A stretch of DNA of 64,000 bases, from NCBI GenBank assembly GCA_028824015.1, contig JAPPFC010000017.1, forward strand, positions 141,945 through 205,944, in the 5' to 3' direction. Below are positions 1 through 10,408 of this stretch, piece by piece; the stretch's first letter is position 1; every line of letters begins with the position of its first letter. Below the pieces are notes generated by a model that had not been told where the DNA came from, made no database searches, and saw only the letters and a program-made list of their open reading frames with translations. Source of the DNA: a bacterium. GTDB taxonomy: Bacteria; Actinomycetota; Acidimicrobiia; Spongiisociales; ZC4RG35. The position numbers and the translations under genes are program-made.

Positions 1-178
1 GGGGGCCGGCAGCGTGTCCAGGGATGTCAACCGGCCGGCTCGCACCCATGCGGAGAGTTGCCGGTTGGCATGAGGCCGGCGCGCCCTGGCTGCTCTCTTT
101 CTCCGTCGCATCTGCTCCATCACTGCAGAGAGCACCGCCGCCTCGTATTCTCCGGCTCCGCCCCGAATTTCGAACCGC

Positions 179-592
179 TCAATCATCGGAGGATTCCACC
201 AACTCGATCAGCGTTCCCGCCAGGTCGCGGGGGTGAACGAAAGCTATCCGGGTGCCCCCGCCTCCCGGCCGGGGTTCGGAGTCGACCAGCCTTGCTCCCT
301 GGGCTTTCAGGTGGTCCAGGGCGGCGTTGATGTTGGCCACCGCCCAGGCGAGATGATGCACCCCCTCTCCCTTCTTGGTCAGGAACCGACCCACCGGCGT
401 CTCGGGTCCGAGCGGCTGGAGGAGTTGGATGAATGATCCCCCCAGGGGGATCATCGCCTCTTCCACGCCCTGGGAAGCAACGGTCTCCCGGTACAGGGGC
501 GTTATGCCGTACTTCTCCCGGTACTCGTCCAGCGCATGGTCGAGATCATGGACGGCGATGCCCACATGGTCGAGATTCAGCAGTTTGATCAA
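179..592 (-). CDS. mce: methylmalonyl-CoA epimerase (VOC/glyoxalase family)
   Basis: 137 aa; N-terminal LDHVGIAV motif and overall glyoxalase-fold pattern typical of methylmalonyl-CoA epimerase. Confidence 0.75.
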   Translation of the reverse strand: MIKLLNLDHVGIAVHDLDHALDEYREKYGITPLYRETVASQGVEEAMIPLGGSFIQLLQPLGPETPVGRFLTKKGEGVHHLAWAVANINAALDHLKAQGARLVDSEPRPGGGGTRIAFVHPRDLAGTLIELVESSDD

Positions 593-860
593 GTCGCTTC
601 CTATCAGGCCCGGAGACTCTTAGACACTCGAGAAGGCCCGCGGGTTACCGGAACGGCTCCGGAATGTTCCTCGAAGTGGGAGGACTCTTCGCCAACTATC
701 CTTCGCGAGTGATGAGTGTCAGGAATCCGGTCAGACGCCCGGTCCCTCAGACCTCGCGTGCTCCCCTACCTGGAAGGACTCGCAATCCTCGGGCCGGAGG
801 CGGGATGGAGCACCCGACCGCCGGCGCCGGTCGGACGCTCGCATCGGCGGGAGAGTTGCA

Positions 861-1838
861 GTGACGGTCTCAGGCTTCGACCAGAACTACGCTCTCGATC
901 TGACCCAGGTGACGGAGCGGGCGGCGATCGCTGCCGCTCATTGGCAGGGAAGGGCTGACAAGGAAGCAGTCGATCAGGCCGCGGTGGACGAGATGCGCCT
1001 GCGTCTCAACGCCATCCGCCTGGACGGTGTGGTGGTGATCGGGGAGGGCGAGAAGGACCGCGCTCCGATGCTTCACAACGGAGAACGGGTGGGAAGCGGG
1101 AGCGGCGCGCGGGTGGATATAGCTGTCGACCCGGTGGATGGCACGGCTCTCACCGCCCGAGGCGGACCGGGGGCCCTGTCGGTGATCGCGGTCGCAGAGC
1201 GCGGGACCATGTTCTCGCCCGGGAGCCTGGTTTACATGGACAAGCTGGCCGTGGGACCGGAGGCGGCCGGGGTGATAGACCTGGAGGCTCCGGTCAGCCA
1301 CAACCTGGAGCAGGTGGCCCGCGCCAAGGGCCTCGACCTCGACCAGTTGACGGTGATCGTCCTGGAACGTCCCCGCAACCAGCAGTACATAAGAGAGATT
1401 CGAGAGGTAGGGGCCCGGATCCGCTTGATAGGAGACGGGGACGTCTCCGCCGCGATAGCCGCGGCCCGTCCCGAGACGGGTATCGATGTGCTGATGGGAA
1501 TCGGAGGCTCACCGGAGGCGGTGATCGCTGCCGCAGCCATCCGGTGCATGGGAGGAGAGATCCAGACCCGGCTGTGGGCGGGCACCGACCAGCAGCGGGA
1601 GTACGCGGCCGACCATGGTCTGGACCTGGACCGTGTGATGACCACCGTTGACCTGGTGGGGGGAGATGAGGCCTACCTGGCCGCCACCGGGGTGACCTCC
1701 GGCGAGTTCCTGCGGGGCGTGGATTTCGGACATGATCAAGCCGTCACCCACAGCGTCACCATGGAGGCCAGCACCGGGACGATCCGATACATCACCACCT
1801 ACCACAGCCTGGCGCGAGAGCAGGGCATTAGGCGGTAG
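861..1838 (+). CDS. glpX: fructose-1,6-bisphosphatase class II
   Basis: 325 aa, GTG start; VVIGEGEKD, DPVDGT and MGIGGSPEAV blocks characteristic of GlpX. Confidence 0.85.
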   Translation: MTVSGFDQNYALDLTQVTERAAIAAAHWQGRADKEAVDQAAVDEMRLRLNAIRLDGVVVIGEGEKDRAPMLHNGERVGSGSGARVDIAVDPVDGTALTARGGPGALSVIAVAERGTMFSPGSLVYMDKLAVGPEAAGVIDLEAPVSHNLEQVARAKGLDLDQLTVIVLERPRNQQYIREIREVGARIRLIGDGDVSAAIAAARPETGIDVLMGIGGSPEAVIAAAAIRCMGGEIQTRLWAGTDQQREYAADHGLDLDRVMTTVDLVGGDEAYLAATGVTSGEFLRGVDFGHDQAVTHSVTMEASTGTIRYITTYHSLAREQGIRR

Positions 1839-1943
1839 GACGCAGGCCGGTCCCCCGGCGGGGTCAGAGGGAGACGTGATGAGCAACGGGATCGCCGGAG
1901 TCGCGTTCCCTGACTCTTGGGCATGCCGGGGTTTCAGCCCACC

Positions 1944-2645
1944 TTATGACACAGGCCCGAGGCGCCCGGAGGGCGAAGCCTTACCGTCCAGGGTGTCCAG
2001 ACCCGCCCTTCTAAGGGCCGCAAGCAGTCCGTCTGCGAAGAAGTGATCCAGATCAGCGCCGGCCCCAAGGGCCTGTTCTCCATGGTGATTGATCAGAATG
2101 CAGGTACTTCCGGCTTCCCGGGCCGCGGCCAGGTCGTCATCGGTGTCGCCCACCATCACCACCCGGTGTGAAGGGACTCCGGCGGCCGCGGCCTCGAGGT
2201 GATTGCCGAACAGCCCGACCTTGCTCCCGCCGGAGAGTCCCCGGAGGCCGTCGATGCGTGTGAAATAGTGGGCGATGCCGAGTTTGTGAACCAGGGCGTT
2301 CAAGGGATCGTGGGGATACAGCGAGAGAATCGACTGGGTTGCGCCGCTCCGGGCCACTGCCTCCAGCGCTCGGAGTGCTTCGGACGCCATCCCGGAAAGA
2401 TGCAGGCTGGCGACGTATGACACCTCAAAGCGATGGTTGATCCTCTCCCACTCAGAGTCCGTAATGTCCCGCCCCAGCACCCGGCGGTAGAACAGCGGCA
2501 ACGGGCGGGTGAACATCCTGATGTATTCGGGGAGTCCGAGCGCGGGGGCCCCGACTTCCCCGAGGGCGGCATTGACGGCGAGATGCACCTGTGGCAGATC
2601 GTCCCACAACGTTCCGTTCCAGTCCCATACCACATGATCGGCCAT
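1944..2645 (-). CDS. HAD-family hydrolase (phosphatase)
   Basis: 233 aa; N-terminal WDWNGTL (HAD motif I variant) and C-terminal GDTDDD (motif IV). Confidence 0.7.
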   Translation of the reverse strand: MADHVVWDWNGTLWDDLPQVHLAVNAALGEVGAPALGLPEYIRMFTRPLPLFYRRVLGRDITDSEWERINHRFEVSYVASLHLSGMASEALRALEAVARSGATQSILSLYPHDPLNALVHKLGIAHYFTRIDGLRGLSGGSKVGLFGNHLEAAAAGVPSHRVVMVGDTDDDLAAAREAGSTCILINHHGEQALGAGADLDHFFADGLLAALRRAGLDTLDGKASPSGRLGPVS

Positions 2646-2886
2646 TCCCCCACCGAGGATATTGCCGATCGACGGCGTGCAGGCAAATCACCCGATGGCG
2701 GCCCCAGGAACGCCGCACCCCGGTCGGAGGCTCCCTGTGGCTGCGCCGGTCCCCCTTCCTGGCACAGGACCATTGGCACGTTGGAACCGCTGATATATGA
2801 TTGGTGCTGTCACGTTAGGTCAATCGGTGGAGATTCAGGTGAATACCGGAACGGGCGGACGGGGCCGGCCCCGTCTCGGCGGTTCG

Positions 2887-5307
2887 ATGGTGGTTGCAGG
2901 GGTTCTGGGCTTGGTCCTGGGGGTTTTCGGTCCGGTGGGAGCGGATGGAAGGGGCGCATTCGGAGATGACGACGGTGACCCGCACGAACCGGCCATCGAT
3001 GCCCTGGCCGACGTGGGGGTCTTCACCGGTACCGAGTGTGGGGAGAACGCCTTCTGTCCCTCCGAGGAACTCTCCCGCCGGGTGATGGCGGTCTGGCTGG
3101 TCCGCCTCCTGGAGGATGACCCGCCCGCGCCGGCGGCGTCCCCAGGGTTTGAGGATGTGGGACCATCCCAGTGGTGGGCGCCATACGTCGACCGGCTGGC
3201 TGGATTGGGGATAACCCGGGGGTGTGCAACCGATCCGGACCGTTTCTGCCCCGAGGCTCCGGTCACACGGGGGCAGATGGCGACCATGATGACCCGCGCC
3301 CTCGATCTGCCACCCGCGGGAGAGGCGGGCTACGTGGACACGGCAGGGAGCATCCACGCCGCCAGCATCGACTCGTTGGCGGCCATCAGCGCCACGGTCG
3401 GATGCGCCGCCCATCCGGACCGGTTCTGTCCGGATGCGCCCTTGACCCGTGGAGAGATGGCCACTGTCCTGGCCCGGTTCTTCGGTTTGATCCCATTTCC
3501 GGAGTTCGACCCGCTGCCGGATCCGGATCCGCACCGGATCGCATTCACCAGGTATGACACCCGAGGCCAGGATGACGACATCGTGGTGATGGATTCGGAT
3601 GGCGGCAACTCTCGGGTGCTGGTCCACGGGGAGAACCCGATGTGGTCGCCGGACGGCTCCCGCATCGTGTATAACAGCAAGGGCCGGGTCTTCCTGATAG
3701 GCGCCGACGGGAGTAATCGCCGGCACCTCGGGAACGGGCGGTTGCCCTCGTGGTCGCCAGACGGGACCCGGGTGGCATTTGTGTCGAGGGGAGACCTCTT
3801 CGTGGTGAACTCGGACGGGACCGGCTTGTTGCAACTCTCCGTGGGTCGGTCCATCGACGACTTCCTGGCATGGTCCCCGGACGGGGAGCGAATCGCATAC
3901 CACAGTCACCCTCAGGGCAGTGTCAACGCCGAGATCTACCTGGTGAGTGCCGATGGTACGGATGACCGGCAGTTGACCGACAACGAATACAGTGATTGGG
4001 CCCTGGCCTGGTCTCCCGACGGCGCCACGATCGCCTTCTACAGCCACGGAGACATCTTCCTGATGGATGCGGACGGCGGGAACCAGCGACTGCTGATACA
4101 CGGCGGGTTCCCGGCCTGGTCGCCCGACGGCGAACGGATTGCGTTCTCCCTGCACGGAGAGGTATTCGTGGTGAATGCCGACGGCACCAACCAGCAGCAG
4201 GTCACTTACGACGCCATCTTTGACCAGGATCCCGTCTGGTCGCCTGATGGCGAACACCTCGCCTTTCAGGGTATCCGGGGCGGTGACAACGAGATATACG
4301 TGGTGGCTCTCGAGAGCGGGGAACGCCGACGGCTCACCGACAATCACATAGAGGAAAGCGGCCAGGTCTGGTCCCCCGACGGATCCACCATCGCCTTCAC
4401 CAGGTCCTATCGGAGTGAGGTCTTCGTTGTGTTTGACGACGGCACAGACCAGTGGCAACTCACCTACAACAATGACAATGACACCGATCCGGTGTGGTCT
4501 CCCAATGGGCAGTGGATCGCCTATGTGGGAGCCAGGGGCGGGGATAGCGAGATCTTCGCGGTGGATCCGGTTAGTCGCAGCCACTACCAGGTAACCGACA
4601 GTGACTACTTCGTTTCGAGTCCGACCTGGTCCCCGGACAGCTCCAGAATCGCCTTTACGAGTCGGGGAAGGGGTTTCGACTCGGAGATCTTTGTGGTGGG
4701 TGATGAGGGTCGGTACGTCAGACAGGTCACCGACGACCTGAGTTCGGTGGCGGCTATGACATGGTCAATGGACGGCAGTGAGGTCCTCTTTGCCAATGCA
4801 CGAGGTCGGCATCCGGGATTGTTCGTGGTCAGTGAAGATGGGGCGAACCTCCGAAAGGTGGCGGACGACAATTACGGTTCCCCACGGGGGATGGTTTGGT
4901 CGCCGGACCGCACCCGCATCGCGTTCGCAGGGTTCCGGGGCGGTGACTACGAGATCTTCGTCATGGATGCCGACGGCGCCAACCTACAACAACTCACTGA
5001 TAACGATGCGGACGACACCGAGCCGGCTTGGTCACCCGATGGGTCCCGGCTCGCATTTGTGAGCGACCGGGACGGTGATGAGGAGATCTTCGTTGTCTAC
5101 CCCGACGGGAGCTACCGTCGCCAACTCACCTACAACGAAGCATCAGACCACAGTCCGGCGTGGTCGCCGGATGGGTTCTACATCGCCTTTGTCGGAGATG
5201 CGGATGGCGACGACGAGATCTATGTGGTGGATGCGGACAGAGGCTATCTGGCGCAACTCACTCACAACCACTACGCCGACCGTTCTCCCACCTGGATGCC
5301 CAAGTAG
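2887..5307 (+). CDS. exported surface protein: three N-terminal SLH-like repeats followed by ~17 tandem PD40/TolB-type beta-propeller repeats
   Basis: Internal ATG at 2887 precedes a hydrophobic signal-like segment. Three ~55-aa repeats each carry C-x5-6-FCP...TRG(E/Q)MA. These are followed by many repeats of WSPDG-x-x-IAF spaced ~45 aa apart. Confidence 0.75.
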   Translation: MVVAGVLGLVLGVFGPVGADGRGAFGDDDGDPHEPAIDALADVGVFTGTECGENAFCPSEELSRRVMAVWLVRLLEDDPPAPAASPGFEDVGPSQWWAPYVDRLAGLGITRGCATDPDRFCPEAPVTRGQMATMMTRALDLPPAGEAGYVDTAGSIHAASIDSLAAISATVGCAAHPDRFCPDAPLTRGEMATVLARFFGLIPFPEFDPLPDPDPHRIAFTRYDTRGQDDDIVVMDSDGGNSRVLVHGENPMWSPDGSRIVYNSKGRVFLIGADGSNRRHLGNGRLPSWSPDGTRVAFVSRGDLFVVNSDGTGLLQLSVGRSIDDFLAWSPDGERIAYHSHPQGSVNAEIYLVSADGTDDRQLTDNEYSDWALAWSPDGATIAFYSHGDIFLMDADGGNQRLLIHGGFPAWSPDGERIAFSLHGEVFVVNADGTNQQQVTYDAIFDQDPVWSPDGEHLAFQGIRGGDNEIYVVALESGERRRLTDNHIEESGQVWSPDGSTIAFTRSYRSEVFVVFDDGTDQWQLTYNNDNDTDPVWSPNGQWIAYVGARGGDSEIFAVDPVSRSHYQVTDSDYFVSSPTWSPDSSRIAFTSRGRGFDSEIFVVGDEGRYVRQVTDDLSSVAAMTWSMDGSEVLFANARGRHPGLFVVSEDGANLRKVADDNYGSPRGMVWSPDRTRIAFAGFRGGDYEIFVMDADGANLQQLTDNDADDTEPAWSPDGSRLAFVSDRDGDEEIFVVYPDGSYRRQLTYNEASDHSPAWSPDGFYIAFVGDADGDDEIYVVDADRGYLAQLTHNHYADRSPTWMPK

Positions 5308-5329
5308 CTGGAACCCGGGGTGGGGGTGA

Positions 5330-5611
5330 TCAGAAGGGGGCCTCTCCCAAACCCGCCACGCTCATCTTGATGAACGGCCCCCGTTCGGAACCGATAGCGG
5401 GGCTGACCTGAGCCAGCGACCGGACGCCATGTGATGTCTCGACCAAAGCGGTCAAGCTCTTGCGGTCCAGGCAGGATCCCCTTGAGACGGTGAGTACGCC
5501 CTCCCAGGTTCGCCGCTCCAGGTCGGTGATTTGGAGGGCGGCGGCGCCGATGTCCAGCAGGTATCCGTTAGGGTCCATTACCCGCAGGGTTCCCTGGTAG
5601 AAGTCGCTCAC
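5330..5611 (-). CDS. hypothetical small protein downstream of hspR
   Basis: 93-aa ORF starting 12 nt after the hspR stop on the same strand; no recognisable motif. Confidence 0.3.
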   Translation of the reverse strand: MSDFYQGTLRVMDPNGYLLDIGAAALQITDLERRTWEGVLTVSRGSCLDRKSLTALVETSHGVRSLAQVSPAIGSERGPFIKMSVAGLGEAPF

Positions 5612-5623
5612 GAGATAGTGAGA

Positions 5624-6082
5624 CTAGCCGTTGTCCGGACCGCCCCGGTCGGGCAGGTTCTGGTAATAGATGCGTCGCAGGCCCTCCAGTTCACCGGAGA
5701 CCGCACCCAACCGGTCGTCCAACTCGCGGATCTTGGAACGCAAACGCTCGTTCTCCGCCTCCAGTTGGGCCGCCCGCCCGGCGGTGGCTGCCAGGACCTC
5801 TCGTTGACGCCTCCGTCTTTTCTGCTCTTGGCGCAGTGCGGAGAGTTCGGCCTGCAGCTCTATCACCATCTTCACCCCTTCCAGGTTGAGTCCGGCCGAG
5901 GTGAGTTCGCCGATGAGGAGAAGCCGCTCGATGTCCTGCTGTGAATAGCGGCGGGTGCCGCCCTGGGTCCGGTAGGGCGCCACCAGGCCTCGCCGCTCGT
6001 AGATGCGCAGCGTCTGGGGATGCATGCCCGACAGCCTGGCGGCCACCGAGATCACGAACACCGCTTCCTGACCACCGCTCAT
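5624..6082 (-). CDS. hspR: heat-shock transcriptional repressor HspR (MerR family)
   Basis: Internal ATG at 6082 overlaps the dnaJ stop (ATGA). The MerR-type HTH (VFVISVAARLSGMHPQTLRIYERRGL) and a coiled-coil C-terminus match HspR. The ORF-track entry 5624..6613 is over-extended into dnaJ. Confidence 0.8.
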   Translation of the reverse strand: MSGGQEAVFVISVAARLSGMHPQTLRIYERRGLVAPYRTQGGTRRYSQQDIERLLLIGELTSAGLNLEGVKMVIELQAELSALRQEQKRRRRQREVLAATAGRAAQLEAENERLRSKIRELDDRLGAVSGELEGLRRIYYQNLPDRGGPDNG

Positions 6083-7200
6083 GCTTTCACCTCGAAGTGG
6101 GAGCGTATATCCTTGCGGTCCAGTTCGGCGAGGCTTTCCAGGAGCCGTCGTTGCTGCCGGGAGAGACGCCGGGGGATCTCGACCCGAGCTTCCACCAGCA
6201 GGTCTCCCGCCTTGCCCTTCCGGGCGGGCGCCCCCCTGCCTCTCAGCCGGAAGGTCTTTCCGTTGGGCGTACCGGGGGGAATGCGCAGCTTGACCGGTCC
6301 ATTCAAGGTGGGGACCTCGAGGGTGGCGCCCAGGGCGGCCTCGGCGTAGGTGAGGGGCAGCACCAGGTTGAGATGTTTGCCATTCCGTTCGAACAGGGGG
6401 TGCCGTCCCACTTCGACTCCCACCACCAGGTCGCCTGCGGGCCCGCCCGATCGGCCGGGAGCACCCCTCCCTCGTATCCTTATGCGGCCTCCGTCCTTCA
6501 CGCCGGGCGGAACCTTGACCCGCACCTGGCGGGTCCGGTGGCGTGCGCCGCTCCCCCGACAGCCCGGGCAGAGATCCTTGATCGTCCTCCCCGATCCCTG
6601 GCAATGGGGGCACGGTCGGCTGAAGGAGAAGAACCCCTGGTTCTGGACGGTCGTTCCCTGGCCTGAACAGGTCGGGCAGATCTCGGGTTGGGTCCCGGCC
6701 CGGGCTCCGGTTCCCCGGCAGTCCCGGCAGGGCGCCGGTCCCTTCACCGCGATCGGTTTGGTGACGCCCTTGAGTGACTCTTCGAAGGTGAGTCGGAGTT
6801 CGGCGGTGAGGTCCGCGCCTCTTCTCGCGCCCGCCTGCTGTCCCGCCCTTCCGAAGAGGTCCCCGAATCCTCCCATGCCTCCCAGGAGGTCTTCGAGGTT
6901 GACCTGGCCGCCGAAGGGGCCGCGGTGACCGGTTCCCGCCCCCGGGAAATGTTGGTACCCACCCGATTCCACCAGCCGGCGGACGTCGTCGTACTCCTTA
7001 CGGCGTTCGGGGTCGGAGAGAACCGAGTAAGCCTCTGAGATCTCCTTGAACTTCTCCGCCTTGGTCTGGTCGCCGGGGTTGGCGTCGGGATGGTAGCGAC
7101 GAGCCAGCTTCCGATAGGCGCGCTTGATCTCCTCGGGAGGGCTGGACTGTCCAACCCCCAGAGTCTGATAGAAGTCCTTGTCTACCCAGTCACGGTTCAT
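6079..7200 (-). CDS. dnaJ: chaperone DnaJ
   Basis: 373 aa; J domain with HPD (RRYHPDANPGD), Gly-rich linker and four CxxCxGxG zinc-finger repeats. Confidence 0.9.
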   Translation of the reverse strand: MNRDWVDKDFYQTLGVGQSSPPEEIKRAYRKLARRYHPDANPGDQTKAEKFKEISEAYSVLSDPERRKEYDDVRRLVESGGYQHFPGAGTGHRGPFGGQVNLEDLLGGMGGFGDLFGRAGQQAGARRGADLTAELRLTFEESLKGVTKPIAVKGPAPCRDCRGTGARAGTQPEICPTCSGQGTTVQNQGFFSFSRPCPHCQGSGRTIKDLCPGCRGSGARHRTRQVRVKVPPGVKDGGRIRIRGRGAPGRSGGPAGDLVVGVEVGRHPLFERNGKHLNLVLPLTYAEAALGATLEVPTLNGPVKLRIPPGTPNGKTFRLRGRGAPARKGKAGDLLVEARVEIPRRLSRQQRRLLESLAELDRKDIRSHFEVKA

Positions 7201-7824
7201 TTATTCCGCGTCGTTCTCTCTGGTTACCTCCACCAGGGCTGCTCGTAGGAGCCGTCCATCCAGTCGATACCCGCGGCGCACCTCATTCGAGACTATCACT
7301 TCCCCGTCTCCCGGCGGTGGCGCATTGATCGGCTGGTGCAGATCGGGGGAGAAGCTCTCCCCGGCGGCTGGAATCATCTCCAGGCCCTGGCTCTGCAGTG
7401 TTGACAGCAGGAGTTCGTAGGTGGCCCTCATCCCCGATAGAACGCTCTGGTCCTTCTCTGAGGGGGCTTCCAGGACGAGGGCGGCGTCGAAGCTGTCCAG
7501 AACGGAAAGTAAGGAGGAGATCGTCCGGGCAGTGGCCTGGGAGGCAACAGTGGACTGCTCCCTGCGCATGCGCTTTCGGTAATTGTCCAGGTCGGCCAGC
7601 GCCCGCAGGTGGGACTGGTGGGCCTGGTCCGCTCTTTCCTCGGCCTGTCGGAGAGCCTCCAGCACGAACCCCAGCGCCTCGGCGGGGTCTGCGGGGAGGC
7701 CCTCCAGCCCGACCGGGAGGGTAGCGTCGGTTTCCGGGGTCGCCTCGACGGTGGCCTTTTCGGCTGCTTCCACCGTCGGGCGGCCGGTCGAGTCGTCAAC
7801 GTCGCGGTGCGAGTCGGCCATCAC
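7201..7824 (-). CDS. grpE: nucleotide exchange factor GrpE
   Basis: 207 aa; [13 protein letters not shown] core motif of GrpE; lies between dnaK and dnaJ. Confidence 0.85.
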   Translation of the reverse strand: MMADSHRDVDDSTGRPTVEAAEKATVEATPETDATLPVGLEGLPADPAEALGFVLEALRQAEERADQAHQSHLRALADLDNYRKRMRREQSTVASQATARTISSLLSVLDSFDAALVLEAPSEKDQSVLSGMRATYELLLSTLQSQGLEMIPAAGESFSPDLHQPINAPPPGDGEVIVSNEVRRGYRLDGRLLRAALVEVTRENDAE

Positions 7825-9641
7825 TCCTCCTCGTCCTCCACGATCTCGGCCTCCACCACATCATCGTCGTCGACGTCGGCGGCCTGCTCCTGTTCGGCCT
7901 GGGCGGCTGCCTGCTGGTACAGACGGGTCGCCATCTCCTGGCTGGCTGCGATCACCGCTTCCATCTTCTCCCGCACGGCCGCGGAGTCGGCGTTCTGGTT
8001 CTCCAGCACCGCCCGGAGGTCGGAGAGCGCCGTTTCCAGGGCGCCCTTCTCCTCTTCGGTGAGTTGCTCGCTCTGCTCCTCCATGAGCTTTTCGGTCTGG
8101 TGCACCAGTTGGTCGGCCTGGTTGCGAGTCTCCACGGCCTCTCGCTTCTTCCGGTCCTCTTCCTCGTACTGCTCGGCGTCCTGCACCATCCGGTCGATCT
8201 CGTCCCGGTCCAGGGCGGTCCCGCCCGTGATGGTCATGGCCTGCTGCTTGCCGGTGGCCAGGTCCTTGGCGGACACGTTGACTATCCCGTTGGCGTCGAT
8301 GTCGAAGGTGACCTCGATCTGGGGAATTCCCATGGGGGCCGGGGGGATGCCGGTCAGGAGGAACTTCCCGAGGCTCTTGTTGTCCATGGCCATGGCCCGC
8401 TCGCCCTGCAGGACATGAATCTCCACCGAGGGCTGGTTGCTCTCCGCCGTGGTGAAGATCTCCGAGCGGCGGGTGGGGATGGTGGTGTTGCGCTCGATCA
8501 TCTTGGTCATCACCGATCCCTTGGTCTCCACCCCCAGGGTCAAGGGTGTGACGTCCAGCAACAGGACGTCCTTCACGTCTCCCTTGAGCACCCCGGCCTG
8601 GATCGCCGCTCCGGCGGCCACAACCTCGTCGGGGTTGACTCCCCTGTGAGGCTCGCGGCCGGACAGCTTCTGCACCAACTCGTGTACGGCGGGCATCCGG
8701 GTGGACCCGCCCACCAGCACCACATGATGAATGTCTCCGGTATTCACCCCTGCATCCTTGACGGCTGAGAGGAAAGGTCCCTCGATGCGCTTGAGGAGTG
8801 ACTCCGAAAGCTTCTGGAACTCCGAGCGGGTCAGTTTGTACTGGAGGTGAAGCGGTCCCGCCGAGGTGGCGGTCACGAAGGGGAGGTTGATCTCGGTCTC
8901 GGCCACGGTGGACAGTTCGATCTTGGCCTTCTCGGCGGCCTCCCTGAGTCTCTGGGCGGCCATACGGTCGGCAGAGAGATCGACGCCGTGCTCGTCCCGG
9001 AAGCGGCGGACCAGCCAGTCGACGACGGCCTGGTCCCAGTCGTCACCCCCCAGGCTGGTGTCCCCGCTGGTGGACTTCACCTCGAACACTCCGTCGCCGA
9101 TCTCCAGAATGGAGACATCGAAGGTGCCGCCGCCAAGGTCGAAGACCAGGATGGTCTGGTCGTTCTCCTTGTCCAGGCCGTAGGCGAGGGAGGCTGCGGT
9201 GGGCTCGTTGATGATACGCAGGACGTTCATCCCCGCGATCACGCCCGCTTCCTTGGTGGCCTGCCGCTGGGCGTCGTTGAAGTAGGCGGGGACGGTGATG
9301 ACCGCATCGGTCACCGGACCCCCGAGATAGGCTTCGGCGTCCCGCTTGAGCTTGAGCAGCACCCGGGCCGAGATCTCCTGTGCCCGGTAGGTCTTCTGCT
9401 CGGCCTCGATGGACCAGTCGGTACCCATTTGTCTCTTCACCGAGCGCACCGTCAGGTCCGGGTTGGTGATGGCCTGTCGCTTGGCGACCTCCCCCACCAG
9501 GATCTCTCCGTCCTTGAAAGCCACCACCGACGGGGTGGTGCGCGACCCCTCGGCGTTGGCGATGATGACCGGATCGGCGCCGTCCAGGGCGGCGATCACG
9601 CTGTTAGTGGTTCCGAGGTCTATTCCGACTGCGGATGCCAT
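7821..9641 (-). CDS. dnaK: chaperone DnaK (Hsp70)
   Basis: 606 aa; [16 protein letters not shown] and [10 protein letters not shown] signatures; acidic EEEVD-like C-terminus. Confidence 0.95.
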   Translation of the reverse strand: MASAVGIDLGTTNSVIAALDGADPVIIANAEGSRTTPSVVAFKDGEILVGEVAKRQAITNPDLTVRSVKRQMGTDWSIEAEQKTYRAQEISARVLLKLKRDAEAYLGGPVTDAVITVPAYFNDAQRQATKEAGVIAGMNVLRIINEPTAASLAYGLDKENDQTILVFDLGGGTFDVSILEIGDGVFEVKSTSGDTSLGGDDWDQAVVDWLVRRFRDEHGVDLSADRMAAQRLREAAEKAKIELSTVAETEINLPFVTATSAGPLHLQYKLTRSEFQKLSESLLKRIEGPFLSAVKDAGVNTGDIHHVVLVGGSTRMPAVHELVQKLSGREPHRGVNPDEVVAAGAAIQAGVLKGDVKDVLLLDVTPLTLGVETKGSVMTKMIERNTTIPTRRSEIFTTAESNQPSVEIHVLQGERAMAMDNKSLGKFLLTGIPPAPMGIPQIEVTFDIDANGIVNVSAKDLATGKQQAMTITGGTALDRDEIDRMVQDAEQYEEEDRKKREAVETRNQADQLVHQTEKLMEEQSEQLTEEEKGALETALSDLRAVLENQNADSAAVREKMEAVIAASQEMATRLYQQAAAQAEQEQAADVDDDDVVEAEIVEDEEE

Positions 9642-9793
9642 ATCTCTTGTCCTCCGTCTTTCGATTTGAAGTGCGAGTCTCGAGCCGAGGCCCGACCCGC
9701 TTGGTTGTCTACTTAATACAACCTAACAAGAGGGGTATCATATTTCCACAACATCATATTATCAAATCGACCTGTTGGAGGGCGTGATGGGCG

Positions 9794-10198
9794 TCAGTCG
9801 GTGGGTCTCAACTCCAATGAACAGGAGTTGATGCAATAACGCATGCCGTCGGGTCCGGGGCCATCCGGGAAGACATGTCCCAGGTGACCTCCGCAAGCCT
9901 TGCAGAGGACCTCGGTGCGGACCATGCCATAGGAGTGGTCGACCCGGGTCTCGATCCGGTCGGGATCCATTGCCTGGTAGAAGGAGGGCCAGCCGGTGCC
10001 GGAGTCGAACTTGGTGTCGGAGTCGAACAACTCCATTCCGCACCCCGCACAGGAGTAGGTTCCCGAGTCCTTGGTATTCCAGTACGTTCCGGTGAACGGG
10101 CGCTCGGTGGCCCCCTCCCGCAGCACGCGGTATTGCATCGGGTCCAGGCGTTCCCGCCACTCGGCTTCGGTTTGGGGGAGGGTGGTTTCTTCGCTCAT
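9794..10198 (-). CDS. msrB: peptide-methionine (R)-S-oxide reductase MsrB
   Basis: 134 aa; paired CxxC zinc motifs and the GWPSF / HLGHVF SelR signature. Confidence 0.85.
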   Translation of the reverse strand: MSEETTLPQTEAEWRERLDPMQYRVLREGATERPFTGTYWNTKDSGTYSCAGCGMELFDSDTKFDSGTGWPSFYQAMDPDRIETRVDHSYGMVRTEVLCKACGGHLGHVFPDGPGPDGMRYCINSCSLELRPTD

Positions 10199-10408
10199 AT
10201 CCGGGACTCTACAAGGGTCAGGAGCCGGTTGTTCTACTCGTTGCGTCCTTCCGTACTTTGGGCTACATCCATTAGCGGATGAGGAAGGGCGCGAATGCTC
10301 TTCATCAGTGGGACCTCTTGTACGTCGACATTCGTGCGCTTGAGTCCGGCTCGCTCCATTTTGATGCCCACCTTGCAGATATCGTGACCTATATTTATCA
10401 TCTCCTCA

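Noticed and set aside
2815-4584. 589-aa minus-strand ORF antisense to the PD40-repeat protein
   Set aside because: It lies entirely antisense to a gene with strong domain evidence. Its composition is Arg/Pro/Gly-rich, typical of spurious high-GC antisense frames.
5330-5611. PilZ-domain assignment for the small ORF after hspR
   Set aside because: RxxxR / DxSxxG motifs are not convincingly present; left as hypothetical.
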